From IMG/VR virus record IMGVR_UViG_3300025466_000023, positions 17,519 to 81,518 of that record: a stretch of DNA of 64,000 nt; one strand, given 5' to 3'. The notes under the pieces were generated by a model. That model was given only the letters and a program-made list of their open reading frames with translations. It was not told where the DNA came from and did not search any database. Positions within the stretch are counted from its first letter, which is position 1. Each line of letters begins with the position of its first letter. This stretch comes from a virus. Of this stretch, positions 45,500 through 55,480 are shown piece by piece. Both the position numbers and the translations under genes were made by a program.

Positions 45500-46484
45500 C
45501 TGTTTTCTCTAGTTTCTTTTTAAGTAGTTTAATTTTTATCTCGTTTGTCTCACGGTACTGCAAAATCGTGAAAAGTGTGTAAATTCTACCATATTTTTTC
45601 ACTGCATCGGCAACGTCTTTTATGTCCTCTCCCCACTCGGGTAGACTCACAGTCCAACCTTCTTTGAGTGCGGTCTGTATCATCTTTGCCCCGGGCTTGT
45701 CTTGATCAGGTACGACTATGACTGTCTTGCCTAGTTGGTTAATTCTGGCAATTTGAGCATCATTTGGCTCATTATGACCTATCGCCACCCCATCTATGGC
45801 AATAGCATCAAACTGTCCTTCGACTACTATTACATACTGTCTATCGTCATGTTGATTGTCTACGTTGAAGACATATCCTGGACTCACATGGGTTAGATAT
45901 TTTGGTGATCCTTCACGTATTTTTCTGCCTGTATAGCCAACAACCTTACCTTCTAGGTAAAAAGGCACAATAACTCTGTCTTTGAATCCAGGCTCATCTG
46001 TCCAATAGAAATCAAACCAGTCAAGGTCGATCTTCCTACTCAAGATATATTCAACAGCGTCTAAAAAATCTGTGTCAGTGCAACCAGCTTCTAATAATTC
46101 CATCATAGGAACTGCTCCCGTAGGCAATTCTCTTGGTTCTATCACAAAGTTTTTTGGAACTGGTGCTTGTTGTATCTCGTCACGACTTTTGAGTGCTTCC
46201 ATAGCACATCTAGTGACATCCTCGTCACTAACACCTAACCATCTGAATAAGTCTCTTGTGTTTTTGCTCAGTAGTTTTCCAGGAGTCCATCCTGCTTTGA
46301 ATCCACAGTTGAAACAGTGATATTGGAAACCGTCATCGTTGGTAAGTATACCACCTCGTTTTCTTTTATCTATCTTTTCTCCGCGGTGATGGCAACAAGG
46401 CGCATTGAAACTAGTCCAGCCGCTTGGTGTAGACTTTCGCTTCGGAGGTAAGGACGCTGTTAAAGTTGCCTGTATGAGGTTCAT
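45492..46484 (-). CDS. DNA primase (T4 gp61-like)
   Basis: Zn domain CC...HCFNC; TOPRIM VVEGQFDA, VPDQD, KDVADA. Confidence 0.88.
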   Translation of the reverse strand: MNLIQATLTASLPPKRKSTPSGWTSFNAPCCHHRGEKIDKRKRGGILTNDDGFQYHCFNCGFKAGWTPGKLLSKNTRDLFRWLGVSDEDVTRCAMEALKSRDEIQQAPVPKNFVIEPRELPTGAVPMMELLEAGCTDTDFLDAVEYILSRKIDLDWFDFYWTDEPGFKDRVIVPFYLEGKVVGYTGRKIREGSPKYLTHVSPGYVFNVDNQHDDRQYVIVVEGQFDAIAIDGVAIGHNEPNDAQIARINQLGKTVIVVPDQDKPGAKMIQTALKEGWTVSLPEWGEDIKDVADAVKKYGRIYTLFTILQYRETNEIKIKLLKKKLEKTDG

Positions 46485-46493
46485 ACAGTTATT

Positions 46494-47435
46494 TTAGCTT
46501 CTATATAGGATCTTGTCAATTTTTCCGGTTGGATAGAATGGCTCATTGATCAATGGATTATTGATTCCACCGGGTGGGATAAAGTTGTTTAAATTACCAA
46601 ATTCAGTAGTCGGCATAGGAATCCATTTGAACTGGACATAGGTCCAATTTCCTGTCCAATTGACATAATCGATGCCAGTAAAGTTGTCATAGCTTAGTGA
46701 GTTGACAGTAACAAAATCATTGTTAACTGCACCAGAGTCTAAATTTTGAACGCTGATAAAATTGTTGTTGGCATTTCCTGGATTTGCAGGACTATTGGCT
46801 AAACTTACTTGGATTTCTAACGTTCCAGAAAATCCATCCATATAAACTGCGGCTGTATGTAACCCTTCGTTACTTTTGAAACCTGCGTTAGCTGGAATGT
46901 CTCCGCTGTAGAATTCATATCTCAATGCATCTGGGTTAGGATTTCTATAGACCTGGAAATCTGTAATTTCTACTGAGGGTTTCAATACAGGATTTACATC
47001 ATTTCTAACTTCTGCTGTACCAGCTATTCCGTAATATGTATTTGAGTAAGTGGGAGTGTATGCACCATCTGAATCTAATGCCGTTACGCTAAAACTGTAT
47101 GAAGATACTGCTAAATCTAATGTATCGCTTTCTGTTATGGACAACAAAGCTAGTCCAACAGTACTAGTCGTCACACCGTCGTCTAATATCTGTAGATTCT
47201 TGCTTAATAATTGAGTGTTGTTGATCGAGTCAAACATATTGAACGTAAACATCATTCCGTTGATTGGAACAGGCTTCTGATCGCTGTTCTTAACTTGGAT
47301 TTGAATGTTGTTTTTCAAGCCCTTCTGGATTATTAAATTTCTTTGATACATAACGGTGTGAACTCCTTGATTTGCATCCAAATCTAGTAATATGGGGTAA
47401 CGGTTGGTATATAAATAGACTGGTAGTTTTAACAT
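46494..47435 (-). CDS. Probable virion structural protein (start ATG 47435)
   Basis: Asn/Thr/beta-rich; TAAATA-N5-ATG. Confidence 0.55.
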   Translation of the reverse strand: MLKLPVYLYTNRYPILLDLDANQGVHTVMYQRNLIIQKGLKNNIQIQVKNSDQKPVPINGMMFTFNMFDSINNTQLLSKNLQILDDGVTTSTVGLALLSITESDTLDLAVSSYSFSVTALDSDGAYTPTYSNTYYGIAGTAEVRNDVNPVLKPSVEITDFQVYRNPNPDALRYEFYSGDIPANAGFKSNEGLHTAAVYMDGFSGTLEIQVSLANSPANPGNANNNFISVQNLDSGAVNNDFVTVNSLSYDNFTGIDYVNWTGNWTYVQFKWIPMPTTEFGNLNNFIPPGGINNPLINEPFYPTGKIDKILYRS

Positions 47436-47445
47436 ATACGTATTT

Positions 47446-47841
47446 ATGGCGATCAATAAGAGCGACAAAGACCAAGAATTTCAGAAGAATTTTCCATTCA
47501 TTAGTTGTATAAAATGCAACGATGATGAATATATCGGAATCATCCTAAACCTAGACAATAACGTCACAAGCATCTACGACTATAGCATTATACGCTCGGA
47601 AATAGAAAAACAAGCATTCCTAGAACTAGGCGATGTTTGGTGGTGGGAAAGCAATCGCAAGATTCCTATCAATATATTCTTAAAGCTAGAAATGACTATG
47701 TTTAGGCCTTATATAAAAACATTTAATAGCAAGGATGTAACCTTAATGTTTGGGCCAAGTGTTAATTTGAGCGAAATCGCAGAAAAACGTATCAAACGCA
47801 AATCAATACAGCTAGTTCGTAATCCTAAGAAAAAGATCTAA
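47446..47841 (+). CDS. Hypothetical protein
   Basis: TATAAATA at 47410; LELGDVWWWESNRKIPINIFL. Confidence 0.7.
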   Translation: MAINKSDKDQEFQKNFPFISCIKCNDDEYIGIILNLDNNVTSIYDYSIIRSEIEKQAFLELGDVWWWESNRKIPINIFLKLEMTMFRPYIKTFNSKDVTLMFGPSVNLSEIAEKRIKRKSIQLVRNPKKKI

Positions 47842-48410
47842 GAATACTCGTAGCTGATTCCTTCAACTATTAAATTCATCTGTACAACTATAGCCATCGC
47901 ATACGCAACTGCGTGAGCTTTCTTAAAGTAGTAGTCGTCAGTCGTTGGCTTCGTCCATACTTCTTTTAATATATCTTCCCAACTCTTTCCTAGCAAGTGT
48001 CGCTTTGCTGGACGAATGACCGCCAAGCATGCCGCGAGCTCTTCTACTTTTCTCGGTTTCATCTGCCTCAGCACGTTCCCGTGTCCGTTCACGTGAAACA
48101 ACAGATTTGTAAAATCGTCCTGTTCCAGTAGGTCCCATAGTGGTTCTGTCTCCATTAATTTTATTAGGTGTTCTTCATTTCGAACACCCGAGTATATGTT
48201 TACATTAAGAAAGTCTATTTTAAAATAGCCTCTTTCTTCTGCTTCCTCATAATTTATACTAGCAAGTCCGGTTAATGGATTAAATGGAATTCTAGTACAA
48301 TATACACCAGTATTGTGCTTTTTAAAAGTTCCATCTAGTGTTGCAGTAACGTGTTCAATTTTATCAAGTATTAAAGTTCTATCAGCAAAGTCAATATCAA
48401 TATCTGGCAT
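47838..48410 (-). CDS. Miniature DnaE-like (Pol III alpha catalytic core) protein, 190 aa
   Basis: PDIDIDF, HNTGVY, GYFKIDFL, LAVIRP, YYFKKAHAVAYA. Confidence 0.8.
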   Translation of the reverse strand: MPDIDIDFADRTLILDKIEHVTATLDGTFKKHNTGVYCTRIPFNPLTGLASINYEEAEERGYFKIDFLNVNIYSGVRNEEHLIKLMETEPLWDLLEQDDFTNLLFHVNGHGNVLRQMKPRKVEELAACLAVIRPAKRHLLGKSWEDILKEVWTKPTTDDYYFKKAHAVAYAMAIVVQMNLIVEGISYEYS

Positions 48411-48759
48411 CGTAATCTCCTCCGCACATCTTTAATAACATTCGATAATGTTCGTATGCTAATTTAACCGCGGGCACTTGCATACGTATTTCCATTTCTC
48501 GGTATTGGTGTTCTGGTATAGATGCCAGAAACTCTTCTAGTTTATAAACTGGAATGTGTAGTGCCACAGCCTCAACTTCTTCGTATTTTGCAGATCCGTA
48601 GGGAACGTTGATGTCTTGTTCCCAATTGATTGGATTAGAGACCATTCGGCGAAATCTTCTTTGGCTAATCTCAACATGACCTTCGAATGTCTTTATAAAA
48701 TTTTGTAAAGGTTTAGAATGAGGTAACGGGGCGCTCATGGAATTCCTGCCTCTCTGCAA
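48397..48759 (-). CDS. Hypothetical protein (start perhaps 48738)
   Basis: Coupled ORF. Confidence 0.6.
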   Translation of the reverse strand: MQRGRNSMSAPLPHSKPLQNFIKTFEGHVEISQRRFRRMVSNPINWEQDINVPYGSAKYEEVEAVALHIPVYKLEEFLASIPEHQYREMEIRMQVPAVKLAYEHYRMLLKMCGGDYDARY

Positions 48760-49430
48760 ACTTCTTTGACAACATTTGAATCTGTTTTGCTCTTGTTAAT
48801 CTTACTAACCCACCATTGAAAATCAATAGCAGGTGTTATCATTTCTAATTGGTCATTATTAAGACTTTTGAGAAACTCTTTGCCTGATTCACAATTGAAT
48901 AACAACCATGGACTAACTTTTCCATCTTTAAGATGTTGAATAATTCTACTTTGGCTGGCATACAAGAAATAATGTGTCCATACTGTTTCGTTAGCATCAC
49001 CCCATTCCATCATAGAACTGAGCGATCTTTGTATGGCGCTTTCAACTGGCTCTATTTTAATCATCTCATATAGGTATGTCTCGTACAGCTCATCTCTGCA
49101 CCAATGATCTAATTTTACACCGGACTTGATAACGTAATCAACAAACTTATCTGGATAGAGAGGATTAACATTATTGACAAAACTTCCAAACTTAACAAAG
49201 GCATTGTAGTAGGCACTCTTACAAAATTCTTCATATGTTTTATCCTTTTTAGCACCTTGTACTAGTCTATAATATCTATTAAAAGCAAAGAAACCTGCTT
49301 GTACACGTTTCTCATCTCGTTGCATGAACCTGCGTTTTGGCTCGCACATGTGCGCATACAGAGTCTTTTCCTGCATGAATTTCTTACCACAATGTGTACA
49401 GTTAAACGGTTGTTCTGCTAATTGCATCAT
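48735..49430 (-). CDS. Hypothetical protein with N-terminal zinc-finger-like motif
   Basis: FNCTHCGKKF..EKTLYAHMC. Confidence 0.7.
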   Translation of the reverse strand: MMQLAEQPFNCTHCGKKFMQEKTLYAHMCEPKRRFMQRDEKRVQAGFFAFNRYYRLVQGAKKDKTYEEFCKSAYYNAFVKFGSFVNNVNPLYPDKFVDYVIKSGVKLDHWCRDELYETYLYEMIKIEPVESAIQRSLSSMMEWGDANETVWTHYFLYASQSRIIQHLKDGKVSPWLLFNCESGKEFLKSLNNDQLEMITPAIDFQWWVSKINKSKTDSNVVKEVCREAGIP

Positions 49431-49831
49431 TCAACTTCTTCTAAATATCTCTTTAATTCTTTATCTGTGGGCTCTACATGATAATTCTGTTTGAAGAATA
49501 TCTCATAACTATCACTGCCGTACTTACCTATACCATACAAGTCGGTGGCATCATTGCCGTCCCACATTAGGTAATCTTGACTCATACCAACAAGTCTTTT
49601 ATATCGAACATTGACCATGCCCAATGGTTGGATGATACTCTTAACAAATTCTTCGTCTGCGTTTAACAAAGCGTGTGGAGTAGGAAACCAATATAGGAAT
49701 TCCGGCAATGTTGTTTTAACAGGTTTACGGCCAGTTTGATTTAACATGATTACACCAACCATATGTTCCCACGAATTATTGATCTGTTGCTGTACCATTA
49801 GGTCATCACGCAAAGGTTCAAAAAATTTCAT
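49427..49831 (-). CDS. HhH-GPD DNA glycosylase, MBD4-like
   Basis: IMLNQT, FPTP, QPLG, LYGIGKYGSDSYEIF, PTDKEL..YL. Confidence 0.8.
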   Translation of the reverse strand: MKFFEPLRDDLMVQQQINNSWEHMVGVIMLNQTGRKPVKTTLPEFLYWFPTPHALLNADEEFVKSIIQPLGMVNVRYKRLVGMSQDYLMWDGNDATDLYGIGKYGSDSYEIFFKQNYHVEPTDKELKRYLEEVE

Positions 49832-50283
49832 TCGTATTCCTTTCGTTGCTTTTTATCAAATCCCATCTTGTCAAACAGTTCATCTTTGTCTGCTTTGGTC
49901 ATCATTTTAGCCATTAGTTTGATATCTTCCATCTTGTATGCTGGGTACAATTCAGCCAACAATTTTTCAATCTTAACTGCTTTTTCTTTTGAACCTGCTT
50001 TGAGATATGGATGATAACACGGAACCCCTGCACCGCATGCCGCAAATAATTTCCACAATAACCCTTTATGATTCTTGCTTAGGTCCCAATGATTCTTGTT
50101 TACTAGTTCATTGGTCATTTCTAAAAACCATGCCTGAATATCTGGATCACCTTGTACGTTGGCAACATAACGCATCAAGACATAAGGACTAAATTCCTTT
50201 TGTTCTTCTGGAGTTAGTTTGTCATAAAAGTCGTAGACTTTTTTATCTACTGCGTTTAGTTCACGTTTAATATCAAGAGCCAT
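49828..50283 (-). CDS. Putative clamp-loader small subunit (T4 gp62-like)
   Basis: FSPYVLMRY...NE.VN...H..L.W pattern; size and context. Confidence 0.45.
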   Translation of the reverse strand: MALDIKRELNAVDKKVYDFYDKLTPEEQKEFSPYVLMRYVANVQGDPDIQAWFLEMTNELVNKNHWDLSKNHKGLLWKLFAACGAGVPCYHPYLKAGSKEKAVKIEKLLAELYPAYKMEDIKLMAKMMTKADKDELFDKMGFDKKQRKEYE

Positions 50284-50536
50284 TATCTTTGCCTAAGTGA
50301 TACAACATTATAACTTGACTTACGGCAGTTGTCAATGCAGGATTTTCTCCGCTTTGCGCACTACGTCTTATATCTCCCCACAACTTATCTTCTTTAAGTT
50401 GTTCCATGAGAGATTTTTTGTCATAGTCTACTCCTATGATTTTTCTAGTAACCGGTTCCGCACCAAATTCTCTGGAATATGTTATGCCATCGGCCTTTTC
50501 ATAAATGTATGTTGCACCTTCTTTTAGTTTGCCCAC
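50273..50536 (-). CDS. Hypothetical protein
   Basis: AAGGAG SD, GTG start. Confidence 0.65.
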   Translation of the reverse strand: MGKLKEGATYIYEKADGITYSREFGAEPVTRKIIGVDYDKKSLMEQLKEDKLWGDIRRSAQSGENPALTTAVSQVIMLYHLGKDNGS

Positions 50537-50546
50537 ATCGTTCTCC

Positions 50547-51050
50547 TTACCAACATTTAGTATAATCTATGATCTCACTTTGTCTGCTGACTTCTTTGAC
50601 GAAATAAGAACAAATAGGTTTTTCTCCTGAATGCAAAGGCGTGGCTAATAACTGCCCCGGCTTCATCTTTGGGAAATACCATTTGACATCTTGATACACA
50701 TCGACGATGTCAATATCAAAAAACTCTGGTCTAAAACTGCTCAACGGATTGAATGTAAAGGTCTTAAATCCTCTGTCATTTAGACTAGTAAGCGGTAACA
50801 CTTCCATCTCTGGTCCTGTAGGATCTCCTACGATTGTGCACCAATCTAGTGGCATCGTAATCTCATTTTTCCCGATTCTCAGTACCGCGGCTGGTCCGGT
50901 GAAACTTTCTAAAAATACCAAAGGTAAGTAGAAAAAGTCAGGATTTTGTGGATCGCTATTATCCATGACAGCGAATCGCATGTCCTCGTCTATCTCTTCC
51001 GGCAAGTCATTCAAATAAAATGTCTTGTTGTCTAGCGTTAATATTTGCAT
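50547..51050 (-). CDS. Hypothetical protein
   Basis: TGATG overlap with the helicase stop. Confidence 0.7.
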   Translation of the reverse strand: MQILTLDNKTFYLNDLPEEIDEDMRFAVMDNSDPQNPDFFYLPLVFLESFTGPAAVLRIGKNEITMPLDWCTIVGDPTGPEMEVLPLTSLNDRGFKTFTFNPLSSFRPEFFDIDIVDVYQDVKWYFPKMKPGQLLATPLHSGEKPICSYFVKEVSRQSEIIDYTKCW

Positions 51051-52510
51051 CAGTATTTCACCTTTTCAATTGTAAATGGGTACTTGGCTTCTTTGTAGTA
51101 TTTTTTTCGTTCAGTCAAGTGTCTTTTCGCATATTTTGAGTTTGCAGTTATATCCCAGATTTGGACGAAGTCTTTGTCGTCTGCTTTTCGAATGCCGCGT
51201 CCAATAGATTGGATAACGCGGACAAAGCTCTTTCCGGGTTCCAAAAGCACCATATTGAAAATCCGAGGAATATTAATACCCACAGCGGCCACACCGTAAG
51301 TCGCCACAATAATCTTATTATCAGCAGTTTTAATTTCATCGTACTCTTCTTTTCGATCTTTAGTTTTTACGGCACCACTAATAAAAACTGCTTCGGGTAA
51401 TTCGTTTATTAAAAACTTTCCTGATTCAATTCTATCAACTAATACCAATGTATTTCCTGATTCGGAAATTTTGTTAATCAGCTTGGCTATCCAGCTCATT
51501 CTGTCCTCGTCAGTGACAAGATATTTTAATTCTGCCGGGTAGCTTTCAAATTCTTTCCACTCCTGTGTTTGTACAATGTTTACGTGACATGTACTCAACA
51601 CCCCTGCTTCTTGTAATTCATGTGCCTTGACTTGATGCACTACTTCACCTAGGCTTGCACGGATATTTTCGAAGTCAATATCCTCTTTTGGAATGGTTCC
51701 GGTTAGTCCCCAACGAATCGGTGTATGTGCTAGATTGTGTGTCAACAGATTTTTTAACACCTCTGCCTTGGCCATATGAACTTCGTCAACCATGACAGTT
51801 TTTACATTATCCAGCAATTCAGCGACAGTTAAAATTTCCTCATTTTCTGAGGAATTTTTGCCTTTTTTGTCCAAAATATTCAAACTTTGCCAAGTGCAAA
51901 TTGTATGCGTTTTGTCTAGGTCTTTTCTGTCGCCGTAGTAAACGCCAACGTCTAAACCACAGTTGATAAAGTCTTCTTCAGTTTGCTCAACTAAACTCTT
52001 GTTTGGAACAATGGTCACTGTTCGACCGTATTTTTCACAGATTTTTGCCAAAGTTGCGGTGGTAATTGTCTTACCAAAGCCAGTGGCAATTTCTTGGATG
52101 CATTGCGGATTCTCAAGGAACTTGTTTACAACCTCAACTTGGTCTTCACGCAATCGAATAGGATCTCCTGCAAATCTGTGCCCTTCTGGCCAAGTTGCAT
52201 CACCCCAAAAATCTGACTCAACTTTGTCAAAATTCAGCTCAACTGGTGACCTTAGGTCTTCCACCTCGATGTAGTATCCCCATTGATCTAACAGTGGCAA
52301 CACTCTATCTAACAGGCTTACATAAGTGGTACCACCCAGTCCAAAAAACGGAGTGCAACCATCCCAACGTCCCAACTTGTAAGCAGGCATGTACCTTGCT
52401 TTTTGGTCAAAATACTTGAATTTTTTAACCAAGTCTTTTCTTGTGTCGAGATCCAGTCCTTCAATCTTTACATTGACTTCGTCTTTAATGATAACTTTAG
52501 CGGTAGCCAT
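51050..52510 (-). CDS. uvsW: UvsW-like SF2 helicase
   Basis: ATGFGKT, DEVH, GLTGT, VGINIP, QSIGRGIR. Confidence 0.9.
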   Translation of the reverse strand: MATAKVIIKDEVNVKIEGLDLDTRKDLVKKFKYFDQKARYMPAYKLGRWDGCTPFFGLGGTTYVSLLDRVLPLLDQWGYYIEVEDLRSPVELNFDKVESDFWGDATWPEGHRFAGDPIRLREDQVEVVNKFLENPQCIQEIATGFGKTITTATLAKICEKYGRTVTIVPNKSLVEQTEEDFINCGLDVGVYYGDRKDLDKTHTICTWQSLNILDKKGKNSSENEEILTVAELLDNVKTVMVDEVHMAKAEVLKNLLTHNLAHTPIRWGLTGTIPKEDIDFENIRASLGEVVHQVKAHELQEAGVLSTCHVNIVQTQEWKEFESYPAELKYLVTDEDRMSWIAKLINKISESGNTLVLVDRIESGKFLINELPEAVFISGAVKTKDRKEEYDEIKTADNKIIVATYGVAAVGINIPRIFNMVLLEPGKSFVRVIQSIGRGIRKADDKDFVQIWDITANSKYAKRHLTERKKYYKEAKYPFTIEKVKY

Positions 52511-53705
52511 ATCTTTTTTGAGTTGGCTTCGTGTCCGTATAGAAAATCAATGTAGGACTTGAACGAAGCAGGGTATCCATAGTATAGTGGGTATTCAAAT
52601 GATACCCTAAGTTTATTATAGCATTAAATTTGATGTTTGTCTTCACTAATGGCTTCGGAATTTTCACACTAACAAAAACTACTTTGGTGCTGGCTGTAAT
52701 TTCATTGTTCAGCTGATTCTCTTTTACATAGATATTGAAATCTCCCTTGCCTTCGTTTGGTAAACGAAACATAACACTAATGTCTTTGCTGTTTATACCA
52801 CGGGACAACAGAAATTCGTGCCAATCTTTGAGATTTTTGTATTCGCTTCCGCCAGGCACAACTATCAATAGAGGTTGATCGTAATCGACTATGTCGTTGA
52901 AATCAGTTATCGATATGATCTTTGAATCAATCCATATTCCATCAATACCTAAGTCAGCTTTGATAATAGATTTTGTCACTGTATTGGTGATTTTATTCTC
53001 AATGTAATCAGAAATTTCGTCACTGTAGGTCGTAATGCCATATTGTCTTGCTAGGAACAATGAATGAGTGATATCATTGCCGTACGGTTGTGGTACGTTA
53101 TCAAACACGTTGATAAATTTTGGTTTTTCTTGATCAAGTGTAACCATAGGAATATGCTGTTCTAGATTTTTTTCAATATTTTCAATCTGTTTAACATATT
53201 CTATGAATTCTTCATCAACTTTGAATCCTTTTGGTACTAGGGTGTTTTGAATAAACTGGATGCAGTCTTCTCTTAGACTGAATATCCAAGCCTTTTGATC
53301 TGGAGACCACTCTGCCGTATTATGTCTTTTATGTAATTTGAAATCTTTGATATCTTTGATGACAGATTCGATAAATGGGAAGCGTACAACTATCCTACCT
53401 GGCACGGATGACCGATCGATTGTAACAGTCAGTTCAGATGACAATGACCTAAACGGTCTTTTGAAATTAGGATTATTTAGGTCCCAAGTTTTTGTCTTAA
53501 AATGGTTGATTAATTCTGGTTCAACCTTGGCTAATATCTTGATAGCAAGGCTAGCCTGCTTTTCTGTCAATGATTCACCGGTATCTACCTGATTGGCGAC
53601 ACTTTGTATGAAGTTTGACTCAAAGGCCGTTGAAAGGGTAATGGGTTGATCCCATATCCACTGACCATGCCCGGCAGTTCTTAGAATTAAATCTTCTATA
53701 TACAT
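52497..53705 (-). CDS. Hypothetical protein, 402 aa
   Basis: Long ORF within the recombination operon. Confidence 0.7.
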   Translation of the reverse strand: MYIEDLILRTAGHGQWIWDQPITLSTAFESNFIQSVANQVDTGESLTEKQASLAIKILAKVEPELINHFKTKTWDLNNPNFKRPFRSLSSELTVTIDRSSVPGRIVVRFPFIESVIKDIKDFKLHKRHNTAEWSPDQKAWIFSLREDCIQFIQNTLVPKGFKVDEEFIEYVKQIENIEKNLEQHIPMVTLDQEKPKFINVFDNVPQPYGNDITHSLFLARQYGITTYSDEISDYIENKITNTVTKSIIKADLGIDGIWIDSKIISITDFNDIVDYDQPLLIVVPGGSEYKNLKDWHEFLLSRGINSKDISVMFRLPNEGKGDFNIYVKENQLNNEITASTKVVFVSVKIPKPLVKTNIKFNAIINLGYHLNTHYTMDTLLRSSPTLIFYTDTKPTQKRYGYR

Positions 53706-53707
53706 GA

Positions 53708-54163
53708 TTAGATCTGCACATCTTCCATTCCGGCGGTTCTAAGTTTGATTATGTTAGAAAGTTGCCATTGTTTAATATCAAGACCCTTAATAATCCCTAG
53801 CCATTGATTGCGTAACAAGGCAAACTCGTTAACAATTTTTTCTAGATCGACTACGTCGGCCTCACCTTCGCAATACTTCTCACAGTCACGACTGCTCAAA
53901 GCACGTTGATAATTTTCTAGATACTTTTTAAATGCTTTACTGCGTGTACGACGCAATTCGATGTTCAAATACTCCAGGATTGCTTCTATTTCCTGGAGTT
54001 GATTGAAACGTTGTTCGACAATGCCAGGAAGCGAGGCACTGGCTTTTTCTAAATTGCCGTATACCTTGACTTCCTTCCTGGCCTCGTCTAATTGAGAATA
54101 ATAATACTCAATACAGTCGGGCAAGTGAGAAATATCTCTACTAACCTTACTGTACCACATCAA
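53708..54163 (-). CDS. uvsY: UvsY-like recombination mediator
   Basis: Helical ~150 aa between uvsX and uvsW; IIKGLDIKQWQLSNIIKLR. Confidence 0.65.
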   Translation of the reverse strand: MMWYSKVSRDISHLPDCIEYYYSQLDEARKEVKVYGNLEKASASLPGIVEQRFNQLQEIEAILEYLNIELRRTRSKAFKKYLENYQRALSSRDCEKYCEGEADVVDLEKIVNEFALLRNQWLGIIKGLDIKQWQLSNIIKLRTAGMEDVQI

Positions 54164-54411
54164 TAATCCTCGTCTTCGTAGTCGCTATCATCACCGTAAC
54201 CGTTGTCTTCATCTTCCAAATCTTCATCGACTACTGTTTTGATAGCATCATCTAAGTGTGAATCATAGCCCATATAAGTGGCCAAAGTTTTTGAATCTAT
54301 ATCGTTGCCTAGCAGAAAATCAACGTAATGATTTGCGGCCATTTCACGATTTTTTTCAGGGATATATTCTTTAAAAGTATCCCAAACTGTAATAATTAGA
54401 TTTTCATCCAT
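54160..54411 (-). CDS. Small acidic protein
   Basis: Coupled ORF with Asp/Glu tail. Confidence 0.7.
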   Translation of the reverse strand: MDENLIITVWDTFKEYIPEKNREMAANHYVDFLLGNDIDSKTLATYMGYDSHLDDAIKTVVDEDLEDEDNGYGDDSDYEDEDY

Positions 54412-55469
54412 TATGCTTCTTCTTCCTCTGTTTCAATAGTTGTAGTTGTTGCAACTGCTGATGCATCCCACTCGTCCATGATAACACGTAACTTATCTTC
54501 GGTCCAGTTCTTGCGGAATTCTGCAACAATCTCACCAGTTTTTTTACTAGTGTATGCTAATTTATTCCCTACCTTAGATAATACACCCATTTTCTCGAAC
54601 ATGTCAACCAATCCGGATGTAGGTGCCATACCTGTCGAATATGGAATTTTTACTTGAACAGATTCGAAAGGTTTCGCATAACGAGTTTTCATAATCTTAC
54701 AGGCAGAACGAATACCTAATACGTCACTGACTTTATTACCGTCTTCATCTTCTTTTAACTTCAACTTCTTCATGGCAACCACGATAGAAGATGCGTAAAC
54801 GAAGCCTTGTCCGCCGCTAATTTTATCATCAGGATCGAACATGTCTTGCGAAGCGTATGTGTGATTAGTACATACCATGCCGACGTTGTAATTACCAAAC
54901 ATATTAACACAATTACGAACCAGCGCCGTAAGTGCTTTAGGCTTACGACCCATATCACCTTTAAGATCTCCTGCTTCAAATTGATTAACGTCTGTTGGTG
55001 TCAACAACATACCTAAACTGTCAATCACAAACAACACTTTAGGACGCTCTTCCAACGCCATTGACTTATATTCATTCATAAATTCATGAATGGTTTTTGC
55101 CACATCGTCGATCATTGCCATGTTTAATTTCAAAAGTTTTTCTTCTGAAATATCAACACCTAATGCTTCTAGCCATGCCTTATCCAACGCATTTTCTGTG
55201 TCAACTAAGACAACAAAAATACCTTGCTCTTGAGCATGTTTAATAATGTTACCAGAACAGATATATGATTTACCTGCACCAGATTCGCCTGCAAAAACTG
55301 TAACTTTTCCTAAAGGGACTCCCTTAAAGAAGTCCCCCGAGATAAGATAGTTTAGGGCGTAGTTACCGGTTGAAATCCAATCGGTTGGGTCGTTAAACCC
55401 GATTCCGAGTCCATCAATACTTTTAGTGATAGACTTACGGAACTTCGAAATATCGAAGGCCTTTCCCAT
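54411..55469 (-). CDS. uvsX: RecA/UvsX recombinase
   Basis: ISTGNYALN, GESGAGKS, VDTENALD, VIDSLG, TNHTY, ISGG.G..Y. Confidence 0.93.
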   Translation of the reverse strand: MGKAFDISKFRKSITKSIDGLGIGFNDPTDWISTGNYALNYLISGDFFKGVPLGKVTVFAGESGAGKSYICSGNIIKHAQEQGIFVVLVDTENALDKAWLEALGVDISEEKLLKLNMAMIDDVAKTIHEFMNEYKSMALEERPKVLFVIDSLGMLLTPTDVNQFEAGDLKGDMGRKPKALTALVRNCVNMFGNYNVGMVCTNHTYASQDMFDPDDKISGGQGFVYASSIVVAMKKLKLKEDEDGNKVSDVLGIRSACKIMKTRYAKPFESVQVKIPYSTGMAPTSGLVDMFEKMGVLSKVGNKLAYTSKKTGEIVAEFRKNWTEDKLRVIMDEWDASAVATTTTIETEEEEA

Positions 55470-55480
55470 AGTCTATCTCC

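Noticed and set aside
54848-54855. Additional GCGAAGC sequence
   Set aside because: Lies inside uvsX without the A/T tract or the full stem; probably chance.
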